A DNA stretch of 64,000 nt from Elainellaceae cyanobacterium. Its GTDB lineage: Bacteria > Cyanobacteriota > Cyanobacteriia > CAKZMO01. Both the position numbers and the translations under genes were made by a program. The stretch lies in NCBI GenBank assembly GCA_050330955.1, contig JBHJHJ010000003.1, positions 2,484-66,483 of the forward strand, read 5' to 3'. Shown here in pieces: positions 28,000 through 36,640 of this stretch. Under the pieces are notes generated by a model. The model did no database searches. It saw only the letters and a program-made list of their open reading frames with translations, and was not told the origin of the DNA. Each line of letters begins with the position of its first letter. Position 1 is the stretch's first letter.

Positions 28000-28060
28000 C
28001 TCCTCTCCCAATTTTGGGAGAGGGGAGTCTGGTTCCCTTCCCTCAAAATTGGGGGAAGGG
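28000..28060. repeat. Pair of adjacent palindromic hairpin elements
   Basis: CTCCTCTCCCAATTTTGGGAGAGGGGAG and CCCTTCCCTCAAAATTGGGGGAAGGG are each near-perfect palindromes with an AT loop. The ORF-track ORF 27953-28141 is just a read-through of these. Confidence 0.5.
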
Positions 28061-28219
28061 TTAGGGATGGGGGCTTTCCAGGACGCTCAACAGATACACA
28101 AGTTGACCAGCATGCAGACAAAAAGGATTCAATCTTGGTGAACGAGCCATTTCAAGCAACATGGCCGGCACGACTATCCCTGATTGCTTCCTGACTTTAC
28201 TCACCAGATCAACCTATTT

Positions 28220-29125
28220 ATGACCAGCGCGACCCGTTTGCCTCAAGCTGCGAATATTTCTGAATCAATAGACGATGCCCTGTTACGTATCGTAGTTAGA
28301 AACGGCATTTGGCTTGTTGGCATTCCCTCTTGGCTCTATGGTCTTGTCGATCGGGGGATTGCTGCTGCTGCCGATGGGTATGTCTCCATGGTTGAGCTTT
28401 TCTATATCCTCAGCATCTCCGCGCTGTTCACGGGCTGGCTGTGGATGAAGCCCAATCAGTACCGCCGCTCAGACAACGCCATTACGCTGCAGCGCCATCA
28501 GCTCCAGTGGGGGGAATGCCCCAACTACCTACAGGCGGCCCGCGTTCGCATGGTCGAGCTTTACGAGCAGCATGTGGTAGGGCAGGCCTACGAGCTGCCG
28601 CTGCCCTACTACTGTCAGATCTATCACCTGCTCAACTTGAAGCACCTGGAAAGCGTCCATAGCTTCAGCCTAGGAAACCTCAAAGTGCTGGGAGTGAACG
28701 ATTTTCAAACCACGCCCGCTGGCGGCATCATCCGATTTCGCACGGCGCTGTCGTCTTCAGCCCACGTTTTGCGGCTGTGGCGTCAACCTGAGGTCGAGGT
28801 TGAGCTCGTGCTGCACGACTCCTACACCGTGGAGCTGCGAATTCCGGTCTACGGCGACAGGCGGATTATCGTACTGTTCAACGTCCTGCCGATGGCGAAC
28901 GAGCACCACCAGTTATTTATCGATATTTATAGTGATCTAAATTGGCCCAAGCTGCTGCTTGAGCCACTATTAGACGTGGCATCGTCGTTGACCCTGCTAG
29001 AGGATCTGTCCTACCTGCGCCAGCTCAGCGAGCGCAGAGAGCAGTCCGCCGCTGCAAAGCGACAGCAGCCTACCCTTTTTCTGCTAAATCGCTTTGTTGA
29101 GCTGTATGGTTCGACCTGGAAATAA
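28220..29125 (+). CDS. Hypothetical protein (about 300 aa, one hydrophobic segment)
   Basis: ORF downstream of parA. ATG at 28220 preferred over the TTG at 28184. No recognisable motifs. Confidence 0.4.
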   Translation: MTSATRLPQAANISESIDDALLRIVVRNGIWLVGIPSWLYGLVDRGIAAAADGYVSMVELFYILSISALFTGWLWMKPNQYRRSDNAITLQRHQLQWGECPNYLQAARVRMVELYEQHVVGQAYELPLPYYCQIYHLLNLKHLESVHSFSLGNLKVLGVNDFQTTPAGGIIRFRTALSSSAHVLRLWRQPEVEVELVLHDSYTVELRIPVYGDRRIIVLFNVLPMANEHHQLFIDIYSDLNWPKLLLEPLLDVASSLTLLEDLSYLRQLSERREQSAAAKRQQPTLFLLNRFVELYGSTWK

Positions 29126-29143
29126 TTCTGTAACAGATGCCTG

Positions 29144-29692
29144 ATGGCCTTTATAACTCGGGCAGAGCTAGACGCGAATACCCATAGACTATTAGCCTCG
29201 CCTAAAGATAGCGTTTCCATCGAGGCAATCTGCGTTCGTCCCAACTTTTCGCAGCGGCGACCCGTCGAAGAAGTGTTTCTTTGCTGTCGTGAAGGCGTGG
29301 TGGGCGATCGCTGGCGTCGTTCCCCCTGGCTGCGGCTTGAGAACGGCGAGCCCGACCCGCGTATCCAGGTCTCCCTCGCGAATTCCCGTCTGCTGAGGCT
29401 TATTTCCAAGGCTGGGCAAGCCATTACCTTGCCGGGGGACAATTTTGTCGCCGATATTGACCTCAGCGAGGCCAATATACCGGTGGGGCAGCGCCTCCGG
29501 CTCGGGGAAGCCGTCATCGAAGTCTCAACCGTTTACAACGACGCCTGCAGCAAATTTGCGGCACGATACGGCAAAGACGTGGTCGCCTGGATCAGAGCGC
29601 CCCAAAACCGGCACCTGCGGTTGCGCGGTATCTTCGCACAGATCGTTCAGTCCGGGCGCGTGACGCTGCGTGACAAAATCCAAAAGTGCTGA
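29144..29692 (+). CDS. MOSC domain-containing protein
   Basis: About 180 aa, with the beta-barrel MOSC pattern (..PGDNFVADIDL..GQRLRLGEAVIEVS..CSKF..) and a conserved Cys near the C-terminal region. Confidence 0.6.
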   Translation: MAFITRAELDANTHRLLASPKDSVSIEAICVRPNFSQRRPVEEVFLCCREGVVGDRWRRSPWLRLENGEPDPRIQVSLANSRLLRLISKAGQAITLPGDNFVADIDLSEANIPVGQRLRLGEAVIEVSTVYNDACSKFAARYGKDVVAWIRAPQNRHLRLRGIFAQIVQSGRVTLRDKIQKC

Positions 29693-29957
29693 TGGCACTG
29701 TCAAGTACGTCTAGCTACAAAATTCTCTGATCCCCGGGCTATAAATCTAAGTTAATTTACAGATTATTGATTTATGCATTATTGAGAGCAATTTTGCAGA
29801 CAGACAGGTTTTACTGCTTCTAGCTGCCGGGCCAGCGGCTGATTACCAGGGTGTACAAGCCATGCAAATAGCTACACCAACACCAGTTCTCAATCTAGAC
29901 AGGGTTTACATTGATGGGTCCGGTCGCTCAACAAACCTAACTTATGAGGAGGCCACG

Positions 29958-32762
29958 ATGTCGCTTAACCGTCGCCAGTTTTTTGTCCTAGGAACAGGGC
30001 TTGGGCTTGGAAGCCTAAGATTTGGTGCTGCCGCCCGTGCCGAAGCCGCAGGTATAAACGCCATACCGCGATCGCTTCAAGATTTCCCCACGCTTCTGGC
30101 CCAGGCCACGGGCGGCACGGTGGTTCCCGGTCGCCATAGCGGCTTCATGGTGCAGAGCGACTACGGCGTAGCCAACAACTTCGAAGTGGTGATCCACAGC
30201 CTCTCCGACGGGCTGGCCCAGCTCTACCGAGACAACGCCCAGCCCGACTTTCCCTGGGTTGGCCCCCTGCCCCCGGAGTACGTGTTCACCTGCGGCCCTG
30301 CGGGGGAGTCGGGGAAAGCCCTGCACGGCAGCTTCTTTGGCGCCGGGGACGCTTCCGACGCATCGCTGATTCAGAGCAACTTCAAGGACTTCGGCGCCAA
30401 GAACGGCCACCTGGAGCTGGTGGTGCGCCACGGCGATCGCCTGGCCCTATACTGGCGGGCCAGCTCCGCCCCCCTGCTGTGGACCGGTCCCCTCTACGTG
30501 CCCTCAGACTCTGTTCACACCGGTAATCCCGCCTTCATTCAAGGCGACTTTGACACCCTCGGTAACTTTGAGCTGGTCACCCCCCACGCGGGGGCAGGCC
30601 TGCTGCACTACGTCCGTTTTAATGACGTGCCGGAAGTGCCCTGGGCTGGGCCTACTGCCTTCGGTCAGGATCTGGGGCCAGTGGATGCGGTGGCGCTGAT
30701 CCAGAGCGACTACGTGGACGCCGGGGAGAGCAACGGCCACCTAGAGGCGATCGCCCGAGTGGGCAGCGATTTGTTCCTGCTGACGCGAGAGTCGAAGCCC
30801 CCCTACGGCTGGACCATTCAGCCCCAGGAAATCACCGCTGCAGTAGGCGGCCTAGCGGTCACGGGCGTACCCGGCTTCATCCAGTCCCAAAATCGCGACT
30901 TCCACGTCGTGATTCCTGTGGTAGGCGGCGGTTTGGCCCATCTGCGACGGCAAAACGGCGTGGACGAGACCTGGGTGCTGCAGAGCACCTTTGACGCGGG
31001 CTTGGATGCGGAGGCGGCATCGCTGCTGCAAAACCAGTTTGGGAACGGCCTAGAGCTGCTGGTCAAGCAGGGCACGTCATCCCAGTTTAAGCACTTCTTT
31101 GCCGGTGCAGAAGACTTGAATTGGCAGGCGGGCGGCGGGTTCGAGGAGACCCAAACCGGCGCAGCCAGCAAAGGGGAATGGACCGTGCCCTACACCCTAG
31201 ACTTTGGCACCGTAGGCATCCATGCCGCCCTGCTCAACACCGGCAAGGTGCTAATGGTGGGCTACGAAGACATCGTGGAAAACGAGAACAGCGCCGTCTC
31301 CATCCTCGACCCCAAAACCGGCCAGCAGGTGAGCGCCCTGCCCGACCCCCAGCGCAATAAGTTCTGCTGCGGCCATGCCTTTTTGCCCGACGGCCGACTG
31401 GTGCTGGCCTCCGGTAACGTGGGGGAAGCCAGCGCTAAGTCCCTACACACCTTCACCCCCAGCGGCGACGGCGGCACCTGGACTGATTTTGGCAGCATGA
31501 GCGGCGGCGTACGGTGGTATCCCACCTGCACTACCCTGCCCGATGGGCGCGTGTTCATCCTGGCGGGAACGGCCCAGGTGTTCACCACGATTCAGCAGTC
31601 CACCTGCTCCCAGGACTTTATCGGGGGCACCGGCATTCCCCGCACCATCAACAAGACCTACGAAATTTTTGATGGCAATCAGCCTGGGGACTCGGTGCCG
31701 GTGCCAGAGCTATTCGAAGACTGCGAAGATAGCTTGGGGCTCTACGGCCTCTACCCCTTCGTATTCGTCATGCCGGACGGGCGGCTAATGATTCACGGCA
31801 ACACTCGCACCTATTTCCTGGACGTCAACACCAACGCCGTCGAGCCGCTGCCCAGCCGCACCAACATCAAAACCTCCCGCACCTACCCGTCTGAAGGGTC
31901 CGCCGTGCTGCTGCCGCTGCTGCCAGAAAAGGACTACCAGGCCCGGTTAATGCTGATTGGCGGCGGGGTCTCCTGCTCCTTTGTGCCCTCCAGCAACCCC
32001 AACTGCGGCCAGGGCACCCCCATCACCCCCGATGGCAACCCCATCCAAACCGCCTGCTTCGACAAGCGAGACGACTGGCCCACCACCAACACTTGCGAGG
32101 TGCTGGACCTGAATGCCCCACAGCAGGGCTGGAGCTTCACCGCGCCGATGAAAAACGGTCGAGTGATGCCCGATGCAGTGCTGCTGCCCGACGGTACCGT
32201 GTTTGTCTGCAGCGGCAGCAGCACGGGCACCGCCGACGTGGCCCGCACGCCGGTACTCGAAGCCGAGATCTACGACCCCGACCAGAACCAGTGGACAACC
32301 GTGGCCTCTATGCACGTCCCTCGGCTCTACCACGCGGCGGCAATTTTACTGCCTAGCGGCGAGGTGATGACCTCGGGCACCGACAAGTTCTATAACATTG
32401 AGCCGTTTGACCACGCAGAGAACCGGGTGGAGGTGTTCAAGCCCCCTTACCTATTCAAAGGAGCACGTCCGGCGATCGCCGCTGTCACAAGCCAAGTGTC
32501 CTACGGCGACCTGTTCAGCGTCAGCACCCCCGACGCCGGGTCGGTGAAGTCGGCCTGTTTCATCGCGCCGGGGGCCAGCACCCACTCGTTTAATATGCAG
32601 CAGCGGCTGGTGGGGCTAGAGATCAGCAACCAAGGCAGCGGCGAGCTGCTGCTGAAGGCACCGCCCGACGGCAACATTGCGCCTCCGGGGTTCTACATGC
32701 TGTTTTTGGTGAATCAGCAGGGCGTACCGTCGGAGGCGAAGTTTGTGAAGCTGACCTCATAG
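29958..32762 (+). CDS. Tat-exported copper radical oxidase (galactose/glyoxal oxidase family) with an N-terminal 6-repeat lectin-like domain and a C-terminal DUF1929/E-set domain
   Basis: Twin-arginine signal MSLNRRQFFVLGTGLGLGSL..AAARA, with GAGGAGG SD 8 nt upstream of the ATG at 29958. Six ~50-aa repeats (..LIQS.F..G..ELVV..G..L.HY.R..). Kelch-like blades (LPDGRLVLASG, LPDGRVFILAGT, LPDGTVFVCSGS). The catalytic Tyr-His sits in RLYHAAAILLPSGEV, and there is a Cys in KFCCGHAF. C-terminus APPGFYMLFLVNQQGVPSEAKFVKL. Confidence 0.75.
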   Translation: MSLNRRQFFVLGTGLGLGSLRFGAAARAEAAGINAIPRSLQDFPTLLAQATGGTVVPGRHSGFMVQSDYGVANNFEVVIHSLSDGLAQLYRDNAQPDFPWVGPLPPEYVFTCGPAGESGKALHGSFFGAGDASDASLIQSNFKDFGAKNGHLELVVRHGDRLALYWRASSAPLLWTGPLYVPSDSVHTGNPAFIQGDFDTLGNFELVTPHAGAGLLHYVRFNDVPEVPWAGPTAFGQDLGPVDAVALIQSDYVDAGESNGHLEAIARVGSDLFLLTRESKPPYGWTIQPQEITAAVGGLAVTGVPGFIQSQNRDFHVVIPVVGGGLAHLRRQNGVDETWVLQSTFDAGLDAEAASLLQNQFGNGLELLVKQGTSSQFKHFFAGAEDLNWQAGGGFEETQTGAASKGEWTVPYTLDFGTVGIHAALLNTGKVLMVGYEDIVENENSAVSILDPKTGQQVSALPDPQRNKFCCGHAFLPDGRLVLASGNVGEASAKSLHTFTPSGDGGTWTDFGSMSGGVRWYPTCTTLPDGRVFILAGTAQVFTTIQQSTCSQDFIGGTGIPRTINKTYEIFDGNQPGDSVPVPELFEDCEDSLGLYGLYPFVFVMPDGRLMIHGNTRTYFLDVNTNAVEPLPSRTNIKTSRTYPSEGSAVLLPLLPEKDYQARLMLIGGGVSCSFVPSSNPNCGQGTPITPDGNPIQTACFDKRDDWPTTNTCEVLDLNAPQQGWSFTAPMKNGRVMPDAVLLPDGTVFVCSGSSTGTADVARTPVLEAEIYDPDQNQWTTVASMHVPRLYHAAAILLPSGEVMTSGTDKFYNIEPFDHAENRVEVFKPPYLFKGARPAIAAVTSQVSYGDLFSVSTPDAGSVKSACFIAPGASTHSFNMQQRLVGLEISNQGSGELLLKAPPDGNIAPPGFYMLFLVNQQGVPSEAKFVKLTS

Positions 32763-32828
32763 GTTAAGCAAATAAAGAGGAGCGCTCCTTAGAAGGCGCT
32801 CCTCTTTGCGTGGGTTTTGACCACATAC

Positions 32829-34070
32829 TTAGTGATGGTGGTGGCCGTGGTCATGGCTGTGGTGGCTATGGCCGTGGCTATGCCCATGAGCACCATCGTG
32901 GCTGTGGCTGTGGCTGCCGTGCTGCTGCGCTTGATGCACCGCCAGCGCCCGATTCACCGACATCGACTGCTCAGAGAGCAGATCCTCGATGTGGCGATCG
33001 GCCCAGTCTGCCGCCATGCGCATGAACTCGGGGTGGTCGTTGGCGCAGTCCATCTGTACGTAGGTCACATGGGGGTGCTTCTTGCGCAGCCCTTCGATGA
33101 TGTGCTCCACGTCCAGCAGGGTCTCGTGGTTTTCGGTGGCAAAGCCGATGGGCATAAACACCAGCGACGTTGCGCCCAGGTCAATCAGGTTACGGGCCGC
33201 CAGATCCGCATTGGGCTGGGTCCACTTAATCATCGGGGTCTGGTGGTTGAGCCAGCCCACCGACACCAGCGGGTACTTGTAGATCAGCTGTTCCCGCACG
33301 CTCTCGTACAGCGCCTGGCTCTCGTCGATGCCGGAGGTGAAGCCCTTGGCCTCGTGGGGACAGCCGTGGTTCATCAGGACGATGCCGGTCTGAGACGGGA
33401 GATGGGCCACCGCCAAGTCGCGGTGGATCTTCTCCTCCACCATACGGGCCATCAGCGAGATGTAGGCAGGCTCGTTATAGAAGGAGGGAATGTAGCGGGT
33501 GCCTTTGAGCCAGTGCTCAGGGCCATCGGCTAGGTCGGACAGGGCGCTATTGACCTGCTCTACGGCGATGCCGCTGGTGAAGATGGAGTCCACCACCAGT
33601 AGGGGATAGATCAACAGCTTGTCAAAGCCCTGGTCGCGAATGGTCTCTAGCACCTGGTGGGGCAGGTGGGGAGCGCAAAAGTTGAACGCCTTAAAGACAG
33701 AGACGCGATCGCCCCAGCGCTGCTTTAGCTCTTGCTCAATGCCGGCCCGCTGGCGCTCAAAAATGGCGTTGTGAGGGGAAATAAAGTTGCCGTGCTGGTG
33801 GCTCCACTCGTGCAGATCAAACATCGCCAGCAGCTTAGCTAGGGGCGGATAGATCCAGGTGGGAACCGGGGCAAATTTGGCCGTCAGCAGATTGAGGGCC
33901 TGTTCGTTGTAGTTCGCAAAGTCTTCGTAGCTTTCGACTTCGCCGTAGCCCATCAGCAAAACCGCAACGCGGTCTTGGGTGTTGGAATCAGAAGCTACAG
34001 ATTGGGGAGACTCGGGAGAAACAACCACGCGGTAGAACCTCTTGGCAAATTGTCTTTCGTAGTCTATCAT
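32829..34070 (-). CDS. Class II chelatase-fold protein (CbiX/CbiK/HemH superfamily) with a poly-His C-terminal tail
   Basis: Two alpha/beta half-domains (VAVLLMGYGEVESYEDF.. and TGIVLMNHGCPHE..). The 40-residue tail is about 50% His (HGSHSHSHDGAHGHSHGHSHHSHDHGHHHH), reminiscent of CbiX-long metal-storage tails. Confidence 0.45.
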   Translation of the reverse strand: MIDYERQFAKRFYRVVVSPESPQSVASDSNTQDRVAVLLMGYGEVESYEDFANYNEQALNLLTAKFAPVPTWIYPPLAKLLAMFDLHEWSHQHGNFISPHNAIFERQRAGIEQELKQRWGDRVSVFKAFNFCAPHLPHQVLETIRDQGFDKLLIYPLLVVDSIFTSGIAVEQVNSALSDLADGPEHWLKGTRYIPSFYNEPAYISLMARMVEEKIHRDLAVAHLPSQTGIVLMNHGCPHEAKGFTSGIDESQALYESVREQLIYKYPLVSVGWLNHQTPMIKWTQPNADLAARNLIDLGATSLVFMPIGFATENHETLLDVEHIIEGLRKKHPHVTYVQMDCANDHPEFMRMAADWADRHIEDLLSEQSMSVNRALAVHQAQQHGSHSHSHDGAHGHSHGHSHHSHDHGHHHH

Positions 34071-34221
34071 CCCCCCTCTGGGGATGTGGCGGAACGTGGC
34101 GCTTAGTTGCGGTAATATTATGTTTCCTTTAGAAAGGCGCTCTCGCTGTAGCCTGCTGGGGTTAGTCGCTGCGATCGCCCCGTAACGTGGATCTTCAGGC
34201 CATCACCCCCCAGAACTTAAC

Positions 34222-34995
34222 CTAAGTCGCCTGAACCAAGCTGGTGGGATTGAGCGGCTCAGCGGTGAGGTACTGCTGCTTCACCCGCAGCAGCTTGCGG
34301 GCCGCCGCCATCAAATCGTCTTGGATAAACGTGGGCTGGAACCGCGCCAAATAGGCCCGACTGCGGATGCCGCAGGTGAGGGCAATAGTAGAGATGCCCA
34401 GGCGACGCCCCGCTAAAACATCCGCCTCCGTATCCCCCACCATCCAGGCGTGGTTGGGATGGCCGTAGTCTTGGCAATAGTCTTGCCAGCACAGCTTCAG
34501 CAGCTCGGTTTTGTAGTCGGCGCTGTTGCGGTAGGCGGCCCGGTCTTCTGGCGTTCCCAAAATTCGCGTAAACAGGTGGGCCAACCCATGCTCCTGCAGC
34601 AAAGACACTACCTGCTGCTGCGATCGCAGCGTGACCAGCATCAGGTCAATACCCCGCTCGTGCATCAGCGTCAGCCCCTTCCTGGCGTTGGGGTGGAGGC
34701 AGTCGTGGTGCAGCAGGTCGGGGTGGTTGACGATTTCCTCAACCAGATCGAAAAACTGCGCCATCTGGTGAGGTTTGACGCCGGACTGCTGAGCGATGTC
34801 TTTGTCTGGGATGCGGTGCTGCTTGAGATGCCAGAACCGGGCCTTGGTCAGCGGCTGAATGGAGGGCTTGTCGAGCTGCTCTAGGACGCGGCGATAGGTG
34901 CTGTAGTAGCGATCGGATACGTCGACGATAGGCCCGTCAAAATCGCAGAATACGGCAAATCTAGGGCATTGATTGGGTGTCACGTTCGCCCTCAA
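34222..34995 (-). CDS. HAD-superfamily hydrolase
   Basis: Motif I FAVFCDFDGPIVD near the N-terminus. Later motifs LVTLRSQQ and MVGDTEADVLAG are also present. Confidence 0.7.
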   Translation of the reverse strand: MRANVTPNQCPRFAVFCDFDGPIVDVSDRYYSTYRRVLEQLDKPSIQPLTKARFWHLKQHRIPDKDIAQQSGVKPHQMAQFFDLVEEIVNHPDLLHHDCLHPNARKGLTLMHERGIDLMLVTLRSQQQVVSLLQEHGLAHLFTRILGTPEDRAAYRNSADYKTELLKLCWQDYCQDYGHPNHAWMVGDTEADVLAGRRLGISTIALTCGIRSRAYLARFQPTFIQDDLMAAARKLLRVKQQYLTAEPLNPTSLVQAT

Positions 34996-35278
34996 ATTTC
35001 GATTGACTCAAGCGGTGCCGCTGGCAAAGGGGGACATCACTAGCGCGCAGTGGTATTACGGATCTCGGATAAATTCCGCTTTGTTAATACTGGCACAAAC
35101 TTATGGGCATCGGGGTGCGATCGCCCCAGTTACACCATGTCTTAATTTTTAGAGCCGCTGGCTTAAAGGTTGGGGATCGTGCGAGGGCACAGCCTGCCGT
35201 GCGGCTACCCCTCCTCGCGCTCCAGAATTAGAGTAACGGGGCCGTTGTTCTCAAGGCGATGCCCATTTATCGGCTGTG

Positions 35279-35563
35279 TCAGGTGAACCGCGATCTGCGA
35301 TTGGAACGCACTGCAGCAGGGCAGCTGATCATCATGCCGCCGACAGGGTGGGAAACTGGCAACCGCAACCTTGTCTTTGCATCCTGCTCATCCTGTAGAA
35401 GTGAATCTGCTGCAGCCAAAGGGTTTCTCAAGGCGTTATATACATTTCCTGGCGGCTGGTTAAGTTGAGCTACGTTCTCCGCCACTCTGCGTGTCGCTTT
35501 ATTTAGCTGGTTAGATTGAACATTATCCATAACCCTACGTGTAGGTTCACTCGACTCCATCAC
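35279..35563 (-). CDS. Small protein with internal ~12-aa repeats (low confidence)
   Basis: Three ~36-40-bp degenerate direct repeats at the DNA level (35480-35615) translate on the minus strand to RRVMDNVQSNQLN / RRVAENVAQLNQ / NVYNALRNPL. Confidence 0.25.
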   Translation of the reverse strand: MMESSEPTRRVMDNVQSNQLNKATRRVAENVAQLNQPPGNVYNALRNPLAAADSLLQDEQDAKTRLRLPVSHPVGGMMISCPAAVRSNRRSRFT

Positions 35564-35849
35564 TACCCTACGTATAGCTTCATTTGGCTGATTAAGCTGC
35601 TTTACACTCTCAATAGCTTCTAATATGAATTCGCTTTGCTGAATAAGATGTGGAAACCTCTGATAATTGGATTATCTAAATTCTCGTCAGCCAGCAGCTT
35701 CATCATAAAGCGTTACCCTAGTCCCACCAACTTGCGCTACCCCATCAGAGTTCAACGCCAAAGGCGCAAGTTCCGCCTTGATTGCAAGATTCATAAGCCT
35801 GTAGTGTTCACCGCATCATCGCCACGGCTCCATCTTAAAGGCGATCGCC

Positions 35850-36125
35850 CAGCACCGACATTTGAGGCGCCATCGACGACGCTTCAAGTGCCAGCCCCGA
35901 CACCTGAAGTCTCACCACCGACGCCTAGCCTGTCATCGGCGGCACTTGAAGCGACAGCACCGGCCCGTAAGGTCTCAGCCCCGACACTCCACATATCACC
36001 GACGACACTTGAAGTCTCACCACTGACAAAAAAAGTGAGAGCAACGGCACCTGAAGTCTCATTGGCGACATCTGAAGTGAGGGTCGCGACACCTGAAGTG
36101 AGGGCGATGGCATCCAAAGTCCCAT
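35850..36125. repeat. Degenerate short tandem repeats with alternating complementary cores
   Basis: Units such as gacacctgaagtctcacc / gacacttgaagtctcacc / acctgaagtgagggt recur about 6 times. CTCAC and GTGAG cores alternate, so hairpins are possible. All overlapping ORFs (35636-36127+, 35884-36117-, 35925-36149-) are low-complexity. Confidence 0.5.
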
Positions 36126-36161
36126 AGGCCCAGAGCGGCCTTCGGACAACCTAGCCCAGCT

Positions 36162-36602
36162 TTACGACGCGTCCTTCGCCCCGGCGCGGAAAAACTGCTT
36201 CAGAATCTCCGTTGGCTTGCGGTCCCACGTATCTTCATGGCGATAAATCAGCCCCCGCTCATTCAGGCTATAGGTGGACTGGCCATTAAAAAACACCTCC
36301 GCCCGCCAGGGCACCCTCAGCGTTCCTCGCACCGTCCAGTCTGCCAAAATTACGTCTGGCGAGTGAGAATAGACATCGTGCAGGTCAAAATGTAGGTCCG
36401 TGAAAAACAGCCCGCCGTGGAACCGCAGGGTCCAGAAGATGATGCGGTAGTTAAACTTGCCCTTGAAGGTGTTTACCGGGTCGGTGAAATAAATGTCTTG
36501 GGTGTAGATGTCGTAGGAGATATCCTCCTCAAACAGGGTGGGCAAATCCTGCTTGAGCACATCAATGGTTTGGGAGACCGGCATTGGCGTCGTCGCAGTC
36601 AC
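36162..36602 (-). CDS. Conserved hypothetical protein (146 aa)
   Basis: Clean ORF with host-like codon usage. No catalytic motifs recognised. Confidence 0.45.
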   Translation of the reverse strand: MTATTPMPVSQTIDVLKQDLPTLFEEDISYDIYTQDIYFTDPVNTFKGKFNYRIIFWTLRFHGGLFFTDLHFDLHDVYSHSPDVILADWTVRGTLRVPWRAEVFFNGQSTYSLNERGLIYRHEDTWDRKPTEILKQFFRAGAKDAS

Positions 36603-36640
36603 GGCGTGCCTCCTGATTTAACACCTTTAGTGTAGACAAA

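Noticed and set aside
27953-28141. 62-aa ORF
   Set aside because: It reads straight through the twin palindromic hairpins and gives a Gly/Pro/Ser-rich nonsense peptide.
32817-33533. 238-aa plus-strand ORF antisense to the chelatase gene
   Set aside because: This is a compositional artefact: the complement of the His-codon tail produces a Met/Val/Ala run. The minus-strand gene has real fold motifs.
35850-36125. CRISPR array
   Set aside because: Repeat units are about 12-25 bp, degenerate and contiguous, with no unique spacers of regular length, and there are no cas genes in the window.
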